A program made the translations under genes and the position numbers. Source: an uncultured Nitrososphaerota archaeon (GTDB lineage: Archaea > Thermoproteota > Nitrososphaeria > Nitrososphaerales > CADDZS01). From it: DNA of 64,000 bases. This document shows, one piece after another, positions 21,955 through 30,124 of this stretch. Where the stretch lies: NCBI GenBank assembly GCA_963799845.1, contig CAWCYI010000006.1, positions 1,184,001 through 1,248,000 of the forward strand, given 5' to 3'. Position 1 is the first letter of the stretch. The number at the start of each line of letters is the position of its first letter. The notes under the pieces were generated by a model. It saw only the letters and a list, made by a program, of their open reading frames with translations. It did not search any database and was not told where the DNA came from.

Positions 21955-23140
21955 CGAAGGCAAGTACTCACTCTCCAAGAGACTTGAATCAGTACCAACA
22001 TCGGTAATGTTCGAGTTTGCAGACAAGATTCGGCGGCTTCAGCAGCAGGGAATGAACGTTACCGATCTTTCACTAGGACAGCCCGACGTCCCAGCGCCGG
22101 ATCATATCTCACGCGCCCTAAGAGAATCAACGGAAAAGCCAATTACATCCTACACTTCTGCTGCCGGATCGTTGGAACTCCGGAACTTGATCTCGGAGTC
22201 CTACTCTAATGGGAGCGGCATTGAGACAAATCCGGATAATGTTGTGGTAACCTGTGGTTCGAAACACGCCCTATTCATCTCGCTGCTTTCTTTGATTGAT
22301 CAGGGAGATGAGATTCTGGTTCCCGAACCTTTCTTTCCACCGTATGCTGAAATTGCCGGTTTGATTGGCGCGAGGCTCAAAACGATACGAATCAGAGAAG
22401 ACGAGCGGAGTTTCAATCTTGATGTGGAAAAACTTCTGTCGGCCGTTTCTGCCCGAACTAAAGTAGTTCTTCTAAATTATCCCAACAATCCTGCAGGATG
22501 GACTTTGGATGGTTCCAAGGTCAAGAGAATCGTGGAATTTTGTATTTCCAAGCAGATTTGTCTTGTTTCTGATGAAATCTACGACAAGATTGCTTTTGAC
22601 AATCGAACCCATTCTCATGCATGGTCTTATGCGCAAGACTCCAATTACATCGTTGGACTCGGGAGCTTTTCCAAAACATACAGCATGGTTCCCTACAGAC
22701 TCGGATTCATTATCGCGCAGAAGAAAGTCTGTTCGGGAATTCTAAAGTCACAACGGGCCACCATAACAATGGTCAGTCCTTTTGTTCAAGCTGCCGGGTG
22801 CGCTGCGCTCAGGGGGCCGCAGAATTTCGTTTCGGAGCGATTACGAAAATACGAAGAAAGACGAGACAAATGTATCGAGATTTTGAGGAGGCTTAGCATT
22901 CCAGTCGTAAGTCCAGAAGGCGCATTCTATCTTTTCATAAAAATGCCGGAGAGAACGAACGTGATGAAATTTTCAACAAGACTTCTGGAGCGTGATAGCA
23001 TCGCTGTACTCCCGGGAGAGATTTTCGGAGCCGATTGGAGCCAATATGTGCGATTATCCTTCGCAACGCCGGATGCGCTACTTTATCCTGCGATTGAAAA
23101 GTTCGGAGAAACTTTCAACAATTCTGTCGGTACCGACTAA
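21902..23140 (+). CDS. PLP-dependent class I/II aminotransferase (AspC-like); start uncertain
   Basis: LGQPD, NYPNNPAG, SDEIY, SFSKT..RLG, PEGAFY. Confidence 0.93.
   Translation: MDLSVRCPPRRHTGIHSDEGKYSLSKRLESVPTSVMFEFADKIRRLQQQGMNVTDLSLGQPDVPAPDHISRALRESTEKPITSYTSAAGSLELRNLISESYSNGSGIETNPDNVVVTCGSKHALFISLLSLIDQGDEILVPEPFFPPYAEIAGLIGARLKTIRIREDERSFNLDVEKLLSAVSARTKVVLLNYPNNPAGWTLDGSKVKRIVEFCISKQICLVSDEIYDKIAFDNRTHSHAWSYAQDSNYIVGLGSFSKTYSMVPYRLGFIIAQKKVCSGILKSQRATITMVSPFVQAAGCAALRGPQNFVSERLRKYEERRDKCIEILRRLSIPVVSPEGAFYLFIKMPERTNVMKFSTRLLERDSIAVLPGEIFGADWSQYVRLSFATPDALLYPAIEKFGETFNNSVGTD
23123..23140. repeat. 18-nt exact repeat, copy 1 (TCTGTCGGTACCGACTAA)
   Basis: Identical to 43695-43712; core GTCGGTACCGAC is a perfect palindrome. 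Confidence 0.6.
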
Positions 23141-24648
23141 TCCAGCCAGACCCTCTTCTTGCCCTTCGAGTTCACGACCACCGCCTTTGTTTCAAGGTAG
23201 TTCTCCAAACCTTCGATCGACATTTCTTTCCCCAATCCGCTCTCCTTCAGCCCACCGAACGGGAGATCTATCTGAGGTTCATGGTATGAGTTAATCCATG
23301 TTGTTCCTGCGACTATCTTGTTTGCTGCTCTCATCGCGGCGTCCAAGTCTCTTGTCCATATCGAGGAGCCAAGTCCGTAAGGCGAATCATTGGCAAGATC
23401 GATCGCTTCGTTGACGGTGGAGAATTTGAAAATTGGGAGAACAGGGCCGAAAGTTTCTTCGGTGACCAACTTGGAATTTCGTTGAACATCTTTGACGAGG
23501 GTTGGATAGAAGAAATATCCATTGGATAAACTAGGTTCGTCAGGCTCTTTCCCACCTGAAATGACGCTCGCACCTTTTTCGACTGCGTCGTCCAATTGCT
23601 CCTCGATTTTTTCTCTCTGGCTGCGAGAATGCAAGGGCCCCATCTTTGATTCATTTCGGAGTCCGTTACCAATCTTGATTTTCTGGATTCGTTCAGATAT
23701 CTTCCTTACAAACAATTCAAACTTTCCATCCTGTACGTATAGCCTCTTGACGCTCATGCAGACCTGACCACAGTTGCGAAACCTGCTAATCAATGCCCCG
23801 TCGATCGCCAGATCTAAATCGGCGTCATCGCAGATAATCATAGGATCGCTGCCGCCCAATTCTAGACTCACTCGCTTGATCCCTCTTGCCGCGACACTCA
23901 TGACTTTCTTGCCCGTCTCGGTTTCACCGGTAAATGCAATCTTCGACACTTTCTTGTTCGAAACCAGTTCCTCACCAACAACGCTGCCTTTCCCTGTGAC
24001 GAAATTCAGAGCCCCCGGCGGTAGTCCAGCTTTATTGACAAGTTCGCACATGACAGAATCGGCTAAGGGAGTGCTGCTCGCCGGCTTCGCGACAACTGTA
24101 TTGCCGGCTGCAAGTGCCGGGGCGAGCTTAACGGCCATTAAAATTACTGGAGAGTTCCACGGAGCTATTGCCACTGTTACTCCGACAGGTTGCTTGAAGA
24201 CGAGGCCGAATTCTGAAGGATCAGAAAGCTCAACTTTCCTTCCAGAGATAGTTGGAGCGAGCCCAGCATAATACCGAAAAACCGACGCGGTAAGTCGAAC
24301 TTCGTTCAGAGATTCGGGGTATGTCTTACCCTGTTCTCTCGTGAGTAACCCTGCGATCTGCTCCTCAGATTGAGTAATGAGATCGGCTGCCCTAAATAAG
24401 ATCTGCGACCGTGCCCTCGGGGTCGTTTCACTCCACTTTTCGAAAGACGTGTAAGCGGCATCGATTGCATTTTTCGCGTCATCAATGGAGCCCATTGAAA
24501 AGTCGGCCACCGTCTCACAAATATCCGCAGGATTCTTGATATGACCCACTTCACCGCTCGCTGAATCTGTCTCCTTGCCATCTATCAACAGCTTGCGCAC
24601 CTGAGACAAGGAAAGATCTACTCCGGGTTTGGAACTATTCCCAATCAC
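23137..24648 (-). CDS. NAD(P)-dependent aldehyde dehydrogenase
   Basis: PWNSP, FTGET, LELGG, catalytic GQVC, EETFGP, PFGGLKESG. Confidence 0.96.
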   Translation of the reverse strand: MIGNSSKPGVDLSLSQVRKLLIDGKETDSASGEVGHIKNPADICETVADFSMGSIDDAKNAIDAAYTSFEKWSETTPRARSQILFRAADLITQSEEQIAGLLTREQGKTYPESLNEVRLTASVFRYYAGLAPTISGRKVELSDPSEFGLVFKQPVGVTVAIAPWNSPVILMAVKLAPALAAGNTVVAKPASSTPLADSVMCELVNKAGLPPGALNFVTGKGSVVGEELVSNKKVSKIAFTGETETGKKVMSVAARGIKRVSLELGGSDPMIICDDADLDLAIDGALISRFRNCGQVCMSVKRLYVQDGKFELFVRKISERIQKIKIGNGLRNESKMGPLHSRSQREKIEEQLDDAVEKGASVISGGKEPDEPSLSNGYFFYPTLVKDVQRNSKLVTEETFGPVLPIFKFSTVNEAIDLANDSPYGLGSSIWTRDLDAAMRAANKIVAGTTWINSYHEPQIDLPFGGLKESGLGKEMSIEGLENYLETKAVVVNSKGKKRVWLD

Positions 24649-24962
24649 AAATCGAAGACAATCTTACGTATTTGTGAAAGTGCTTCTTCGACATGGGTAT
24701 GTCCAGCAATTACTCGGGTCGCATCCTTTTGATCCACGATTGTGCCAAGTTCTTTCAATGATTCCTTCAAGTGGTTAGCTGCTTTCGATGCCGACTCCTC
24801 CCAGTTCGTATTTTCCGAGATCTTCTTCATGAGATCGATTCTGAGTTTCATCTGCCTCAAATCCCACGCCTGCCAATCGAAACGTTCACGGGTGAACGCG
24901 TTCTCTAGAAGTAACAACGAGTTCTCTGGGGATATGCCTTTTGAGACCAAGACGAATTTCAC
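24645..24962 (-). CDS. hypothetical protein (105 aa)
   Basis: Tightly packed between ubiD (3-nt gap) and ALDH (4-nt overlap). Confidence 0.65.
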   Translation of the reverse strand: MKFVLVSKGISPENSLLLLENAFTRERFDWQAWDLRQMKLRIDLMKKISENTNWEESASKAANHLKESLKELGTIVDQKDATRVIAGHTHVEEALSQIRKIVFDL

Positions 24963-24965
24963 CTA

Positions 24966-26345
24966 TCAAACGTAAGATGTGATATCAATGTTCTTCCAGT
25001 ACTCCAACGGTACATCAGCAGATTCCTGAAAAGGCTGTTCGATCGGTTTTGTCGCGTCTATCGCCCATTTTGTATTCAGTGCGCCCCTGTCGGCTCTTGA
25101 CCTTATCGAGTAAGCAGACGGGTCTAGCTCGGCGACGTAGGCTTCGGGAACGATGGTGAGCGCCCTGTCTGCCTGAGTCCTAGTGGCAACCGCCCACCAG
25201 ACCTGCTGCTCATCATGAACGTTGATGTCTTGGTCAACAATAACAGCCATCTTGATCATTGGGTCGGCGGCCAGTGCAGATAGTGAAGTCATTTTCCCTT
25301 GGCCGTCGTAGTCTTTCTTCATCGAAACGTATGCGATGTGCCGACATGTTCCCGACAGAGGTAATTCTACATCCACAATTGACGGGACCGCGAGCTTGAT
25401 TCTTTTGTAAACTACCGCTTCTCTCTGAACTTTTGCCGCCATGTTGTGATCGGCATGCGCGCTGAAAATATCGTGATATATCGGATTATTTCTGAAAGTC
25501 ACTGCAGTTATCTCCAGAACATGGGACATTCTCTCCAGTCCGTAATACCAAGTGTATTCACCAAACGGAGCCTCGGGTTCCCGAACGTCGGCAATCACCT
25601 TACCTTCTAACACGATTTCTGCGAACGCGGGCACGCGAAGATCGACAGTCTCACACGGGACGAGGTCAACAGGTTCTCCAAGCAGTCCTCCCATTACTGA
25701 AAATTCGTCCATCCCGAGAGGAACTTTAGTTTGAGATGTTAGGGTACTGGCAGGATGATGGCCGATAAAGAAAGCCATCTCTGTCGGCTTTCCTTTGGAT
25801 TCGAATTTTCTGATTACATGCATTGCCTTTGAATAGTCGCCGTAAAGAACTCCGAATCGATTTCTTTCCTTGTACATGAGTCGGAAAATTCCTGTGTCAT
25901 AAGCTCCCGTGTCTGGATCTTTGAATACACTAACTCCAGAAGTTATGTAGGGACCGGCGTCTTTTTCACAGTGAGTGATGTGGGGCAAGAAATTCAGATC
26001 TAAGTTGTCGCCCTTGATTACGTTCTCTTTGACTGGACCGTCCGACACTACCTTTGAAGGGATTCTCTTGTCTTCATTTGCCATGTAGTCCTTGAGCAAA
26101 GTGGACTCGCTCGCTCCAAATCCGAGTGCTAAACGAGACTTCGACGCAAACAAATTAGATACTACAGGCATCTCTGAGTTCTTTACTTTCTCAAAATATA
26201 CGAGTGGATACCTTCCTTTTTCCTGAAATTTTCGAATCACTCCGCAGAGTTCGAATTTCGGATCGACTTGTTTCTTAATTCTGACAAAATCTTCCGGCTG
26301 TTTAGATTCAACTTCTTTTAGAAAATAACGAAGGTCCTTCGGCAT
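24966..26345 (-). CDS. UbiD-family (prFMN-dependent) decarboxylase
   Basis: VDPKFEL, DAGPYITSG, AEIVLEG, EAPFGEY, VDQDINV..V.WAVATR, IDATKP. Confidence 0.95.
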   Translation of the reverse strand: MPKDLRYFLKEVESKQPEDFVRIKKQVDPKFELCGVIRKFQEKGRYPLVYFEKVKNSEMPVVSNLFASKSRLALGFGASESTLLKDYMANEDKRIPSKVVSDGPVKENVIKGDNLDLNFLPHITHCEKDAGPYITSGVSVFKDPDTGAYDTGIFRLMYKERNRFGVLYGDYSKAMHVIRKFESKGKPTEMAFFIGHHPASTLTSQTKVPLGMDEFSVMGGLLGEPVDLVPCETVDLRVPAFAEIVLEGKVIADVREPEAPFGEYTWYYGLERMSHVLEITAVTFRNNPIYHDIFSAHADHNMAAKVQREAVVYKRIKLAVPSIVDVELPLSGTCRHIAYVSMKKDYDGQGKMTSLSALAADPMIKMAVIVDQDINVHDEQQVWWAVATRTQADRALTIVPEAYVAELDPSAYSIRSRADRGALNTKWAIDATKPIEQPFQESADVPLEYWKNIDITSYV

Positions 26346-26372
26346 TGTTTTCGGCGATGATTAGTCGTTGAC

Positions 26373-26389
26373 GCTTAAAGGGTTTAAGC
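26373..26389. promoter_or_regulatory. perfect 7-3-7 inverted repeat in the ubiD / ThDP-enzyme divergent promoter
   Basis: GCTTAAA-GGG-TTTAAGC. Confidence 0.5.
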
Positions 26390-26497
26390 ATCCAGAGGTG
26401 TGGGAGGTTTGATCATGTTATTCATCGTAGCATACAAGCTGAAATTGATTGCGCGTAACCTCATACATAATAATCACTATCCGAACCCAATTCATGA

Positions 26498-28206
26498 ATG
26501 TTGTTAAGTGATAAGATAGTCCAGCTGCTCGAAGAGCTAGGGGTGCACTACGTATTCGGAGTGCCTGGTTCGACCACGGTTTCTCTAATAACATCGATTT
26601 CAGGTTCGGATCAAATCAAATTCATCTCTTCACTGAACGAGAACGTTTCCCTTGCAATGGCTGACGGTTATGCGAGAACGAGTGGAAAAATAGGGGTGGT
26701 ACTTTTGCATACTACGCCCGGACTTGCAACTGCTTTGCCGAACCTATACAACGCGTACGTTGACCGCGTTCCTCTGTTGATTTTGGTTGGCGATGTGAAC
26801 TCAAAGTTCCTAATCAAGGAGCCAGGTCTGTCACTCGATGGAATCGAAAATCTGGCAAAACCACTTACTGAATGGTCGTACTATGCAAAATCAACTTCAG
26901 ATGTTCTTATTGCGATGAAAAGAACTGCAGGCATATTCAACTCTCCGGGAGTAGGCCCGTGCTGCATCGTAATTCCCGAAGACATTATGGAAGAGAACGT
27001 CTCCGATCGAAACGGATCAAGCTCGAGTTTTTCGAAAGCACCGATTATCATGAATCCAGACCGGCAGCAAATTCGTCTCCTCGCTTCTGCAATAGATATG
27101 GCAAAATGGCCAGGTCCTCATTGTCGGGAGACAGATCAAGAGCGATTCTGCTGTAAAAGTACTCGTTGAATTTTGCAATCGTTTCGCCGTTCCTGTACTT
27201 TTGGAGAGTCCCTATCCATCGGCTTACACGGTAGGTTTCCCGCAGGATGATCCGTGCTACATGGGTCTGTTCAGGAGGGAGGCAGAATCATTGAAGCAAA
27301 CTGATCTAGTAATCGGATTAGGGGGACAGCTAATTACCGAAAGAAAGTATTATGAGGAAGATCCTTTCAACTCAACAACGAAAATTATTCACATTAGTTC
27401 GGATATTTGGCAGCTTGGAAAAAACGTGAGGACCGATTCTTCGATCGCCGCTGACCCGGAAATAACGGCGCAGATGCTCTGTGCCATTTCAAAAGAGATC
27501 GAACCAAACCGAATCAACCGAGACTCAAGGAGATCTAAGATGGCAAGCCTGCAGCTGAATGCGGAAAAAAGAGATGGATAATTTGCTTTCGAAACGAGGG
27601 GATGAGAACGGGATAAAACCGTGGAGGCTGGTTCACGCGATGAAAGAGTCGCTCCGGGATGAAGATTACATTATTGTTGATGAGGGAGTTGTTGCTTCGT
27701 CATATCTTTCGGAGCTCTTTGTGTTTACAATTCCAGGTTCCCTCGTCGGAAGGAGTGCGGGTTGTTTGGGGTGGGGAGTCGGGGCGGCGATTGGGGCGAA
27801 ACTGGCCTCTCCCGAAAAGAAAGTGATAGCTTTTGTCGGAGACGGCGCGCTGATGTTTAGTCCACAAGGGATATGGTCTGCGGCACACTACAAAATACCT
27901 GTCTTGATCATTGTCTGTAATAATTCTGGATATTCCTCGGTCGGCCTTTCTCTGGACAGCTATTCGCGAAGAGCAAATAAGAAAGTGAATAACAACAGCA
28001 TTATGATAAAAGATCCAAGATTAGAGATCTCAAAATTAGGTCAGTCACTAGGGGCAAACTCTGTTTTGATTAATTCTGAAAAGGAGCTACTGTCGGCAAT
28101 TAAGAAAGCTGTTTCCTCGAAGACTGTATCTCTCTTAGATGTCAAAATCGACCCCAGCGAAAGAGGATACGAAAACTCGACCGGGAATAATTCCTCATGG
28201 ACTTGA
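26498..28206 (+). CDS. ThDP-dependent decarboxylase (benzoylformate decarboxylase-like), two +1 frameshifts (~27113, ~27567)
   Basis: FGVPGST, ENVSLAMADGYAR, LHTTPGL, GCLGWG, GDGALMF...NNSGY across three frames. Confidence 0.88.
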
Positions 28207-28221
28207 AGCCGCCCAGTTCCT

Positions 28222-29106
28222 CTAATTACTCAGTTCCGACTCGGCTATCCGGATTTTGATGCCAATTAGGCGATCTACAATCCCGTGAAGAGCGTATCTT
28301 TCCTGCATAAAAGATGATTTGGTTTGGGACGATCTGAGTCTCGATATAACTGAGTCCAACCTCACGAGGGCCACTCTCATACTCAAAATAGCGTCGTCGA
28401 CCGATCTCATATCAGGAGACACCTTCGAAACCCTGCTTCTGGTGTCTCGCATTTCCAAAAGGCCCGTGCCTTTCTGTCCTGACGCATACATTTGGCGTTT
28501 CATTTTTCTTAATTCGGTTATACTGAGTTTGTCCCTTTCAGCAATATTGGCCAATACTGTTCTATCCTCCTGGTTCTTTATCCAGACAATTTCCTGAGCT
28601 TGACTCGTGCTAATTTTCCTAGAATCGATCTTTGCAAGGATGTCGTCAGACAGTTCTAGAAGAGACATTCGATGTGAGATGTATTCCTGACTCTTTCCAA
28701 TTCTTTTCCCCAAATCTGAGACTCCTCCCCAGCCGAACTCAACAACATATTGTTTGTACGCCCTCGCTTCTTCCACAGAAGAAAGAGTATTGCGCTGAAC
28801 ATTTTCGATAATCGAAAACTCAAACGCATCGATATCGGTGAGGTCTCTTACGATACAATCAATGTGCCGCTTCATCAACTTACGGCACGCTTCGAACCTT
28901 CTGTGGCCGCAAACGATCTCGAATTTGTCACCAATCGGTCTAACCAGAACCGGTTGAAGCAACCCGTGAACCCTGATCGAGTCGGCCAACTCAGAAAGAT
29001 CTCCTAACTGAATTCTAACCTGCTTCTGAGAAGGTATGATCAGCGAAGTCTCTATTGGTTCTATTTGCTGACTGGATTCGAGGTAAGTCCTAAGATGTCT
29101 GGACAT
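28222..29106 (-). CDS. ParB/Spo0J-family protein (no parA nearby)
   Basis: LADSIRVHGLLQPVLVR, CGHRRF (GxRR motif), ENVQR, HTH LGKRIGKSQEYISHR. Confidence 0.92.
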   Translation of the reverse strand: MSRHLRTYLESSQQIEPIETSLIIPSQKQVRIQLGDLSELADSIRVHGLLQPVLVRPIGDKFEIVCGHRRFEACRKLMKRHIDCIVRDLTDIDAFEFSIIENVQRNTLSSVEEARAYKQYVVEFGWGGVSDLGKRIGKSQEYISHRMSLLELSDDILAKIDSRKISTSQAQEIVWIKNQEDRTVLANIAERDKLSITELRKMKRQMYASGQKGTGLLEMRDTRSRVSKVSPDMRSVDDAILSMRVALVRLDSVISRLRSSQTKSSFMQERYALHGIVDRLIGIKIRIAESELSN

Positions 29107-29149
29107 TGTTGTGCGTGGGGAACAACGATGAAATATTAGAATCAGGTTA

Positions 29150-29167
29150 GGGTTTCATATGCAACCC
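29150..29167. promoter_or_regulatory. near-perfect 18-bp palindrome upstream of parB
   Basis: GGGTTTCATATGCAACCC (one mismatched pair). Confidence 0.45.
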
Positions 29168-29203
29168 ATATGTTGAGGTTCTACCACATTCTGAAATAGT
29201 ATC

Positions 29204-30061
29204 TCAAATTTCGTGACTCGAGAGATTTTTTTGCAGCACTTTCATCCTTTCTGAAAATGTGATTGATTTCAACCAAAGTTCTTCGAAGTAGCTTATGCAT
29301 CCTTTCACAAGGACACTGTTCCTTGTCGAAAGGATCGTCCTGTCGGGCTCGTCAATAGAAATTATTGTTCCTGCAAGAACAAGTTCCGCACCATCAATTA
29401 CTAGATATCTCAAAGAATTCTCAAGATTCGCAACGTGGTTGAGGTGGACGCAGTCCGAGTAGCTCTTGGCGACCCTGTAGTTCAGTGGCTGGACTTCGGT
29501 AAGAACTCGAACAGTCAGCCCTCTTGATGTGGCAAGTTTTTCGTATTCAGAGAAATCGATGTAGTGCCTTCGAAGGGCGTTTGCAGAGACCACCTTAATG
29601 ATCTCCGATTTTGCAGATTGTATGCTGTCGATTACTCTTGGAATAACAGCGCTTCCCCGCACAAGCCGAAAGGCGGAATCAGGTTCAGCATAATCTCGTT
29701 CGTCCGAGCCTCTATCGCTCTTATTTTTCTGATTATCCAGCCACTCAGTCAAAACGTCGGTCTTCGATTCGAGCGCAATAATTTCGTCTCTCCTACTGTC
29801 AAGCAAAAGCCTGACCGCCCTCGTCGGATCAATGGCATAATGTCGCGACGGATTTCCGACGCCAAGCTCGACCAATCCAAGCTGAGTCAACCGCTTTAGT
29901 GCTCGATAAGTGTCCGACCTATGGACACTCATCTTTTTCGAAATCTCAGTGGTCGATAGACCGTCCGACCCCACGAGAACTACAAAGACTTTTGCCTGGA
30001 GCGGAGTTAATCCAAATTCCGCCAAGGAAGGAATTATTCTGGTGTCCTCGTCGATAGACAT
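29204..30061 (-). CDS. TrmB-family transcriptional regulator
   Basis: LAEFGLTPLQAKVF..L, YRALKRLTQLGLVE...P..YAIDP, and a C-terminal PLD-like domain (YFEELW). Confidence 0.9.
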   Translation of the reverse strand: MSIDEDTRIIPSLAEFGLTPLQAKVFVVLVGSDGLSTTEISKKMSVHRSDTYRALKRLTQLGLVELGVGNPSRHYAIDPTRAVRLLLDSRRDEIIALESKTDVLTEWLDNQKNKSDRGSDERDYAEPDSAFRLVRGSAVIPRVIDSIQSAKSEIIKVVSANALRRHYIDFSEYEKLATSRGLTVRVLTEVQPLNYRVAKSYSDCVHLNHVANLENSLRYLVIDGAELVLAGTIISIDEPDRTILSTRNSVLVKGCISYFEELWLKSITFSERMKVLQKNLSSHEI

Positions 30062-30124
30062 CTAATCGATAGTTAATTCTAGTTGCGTAAAAAAATACCT
30101 CAATGCAGCCAAATAATACGATCT

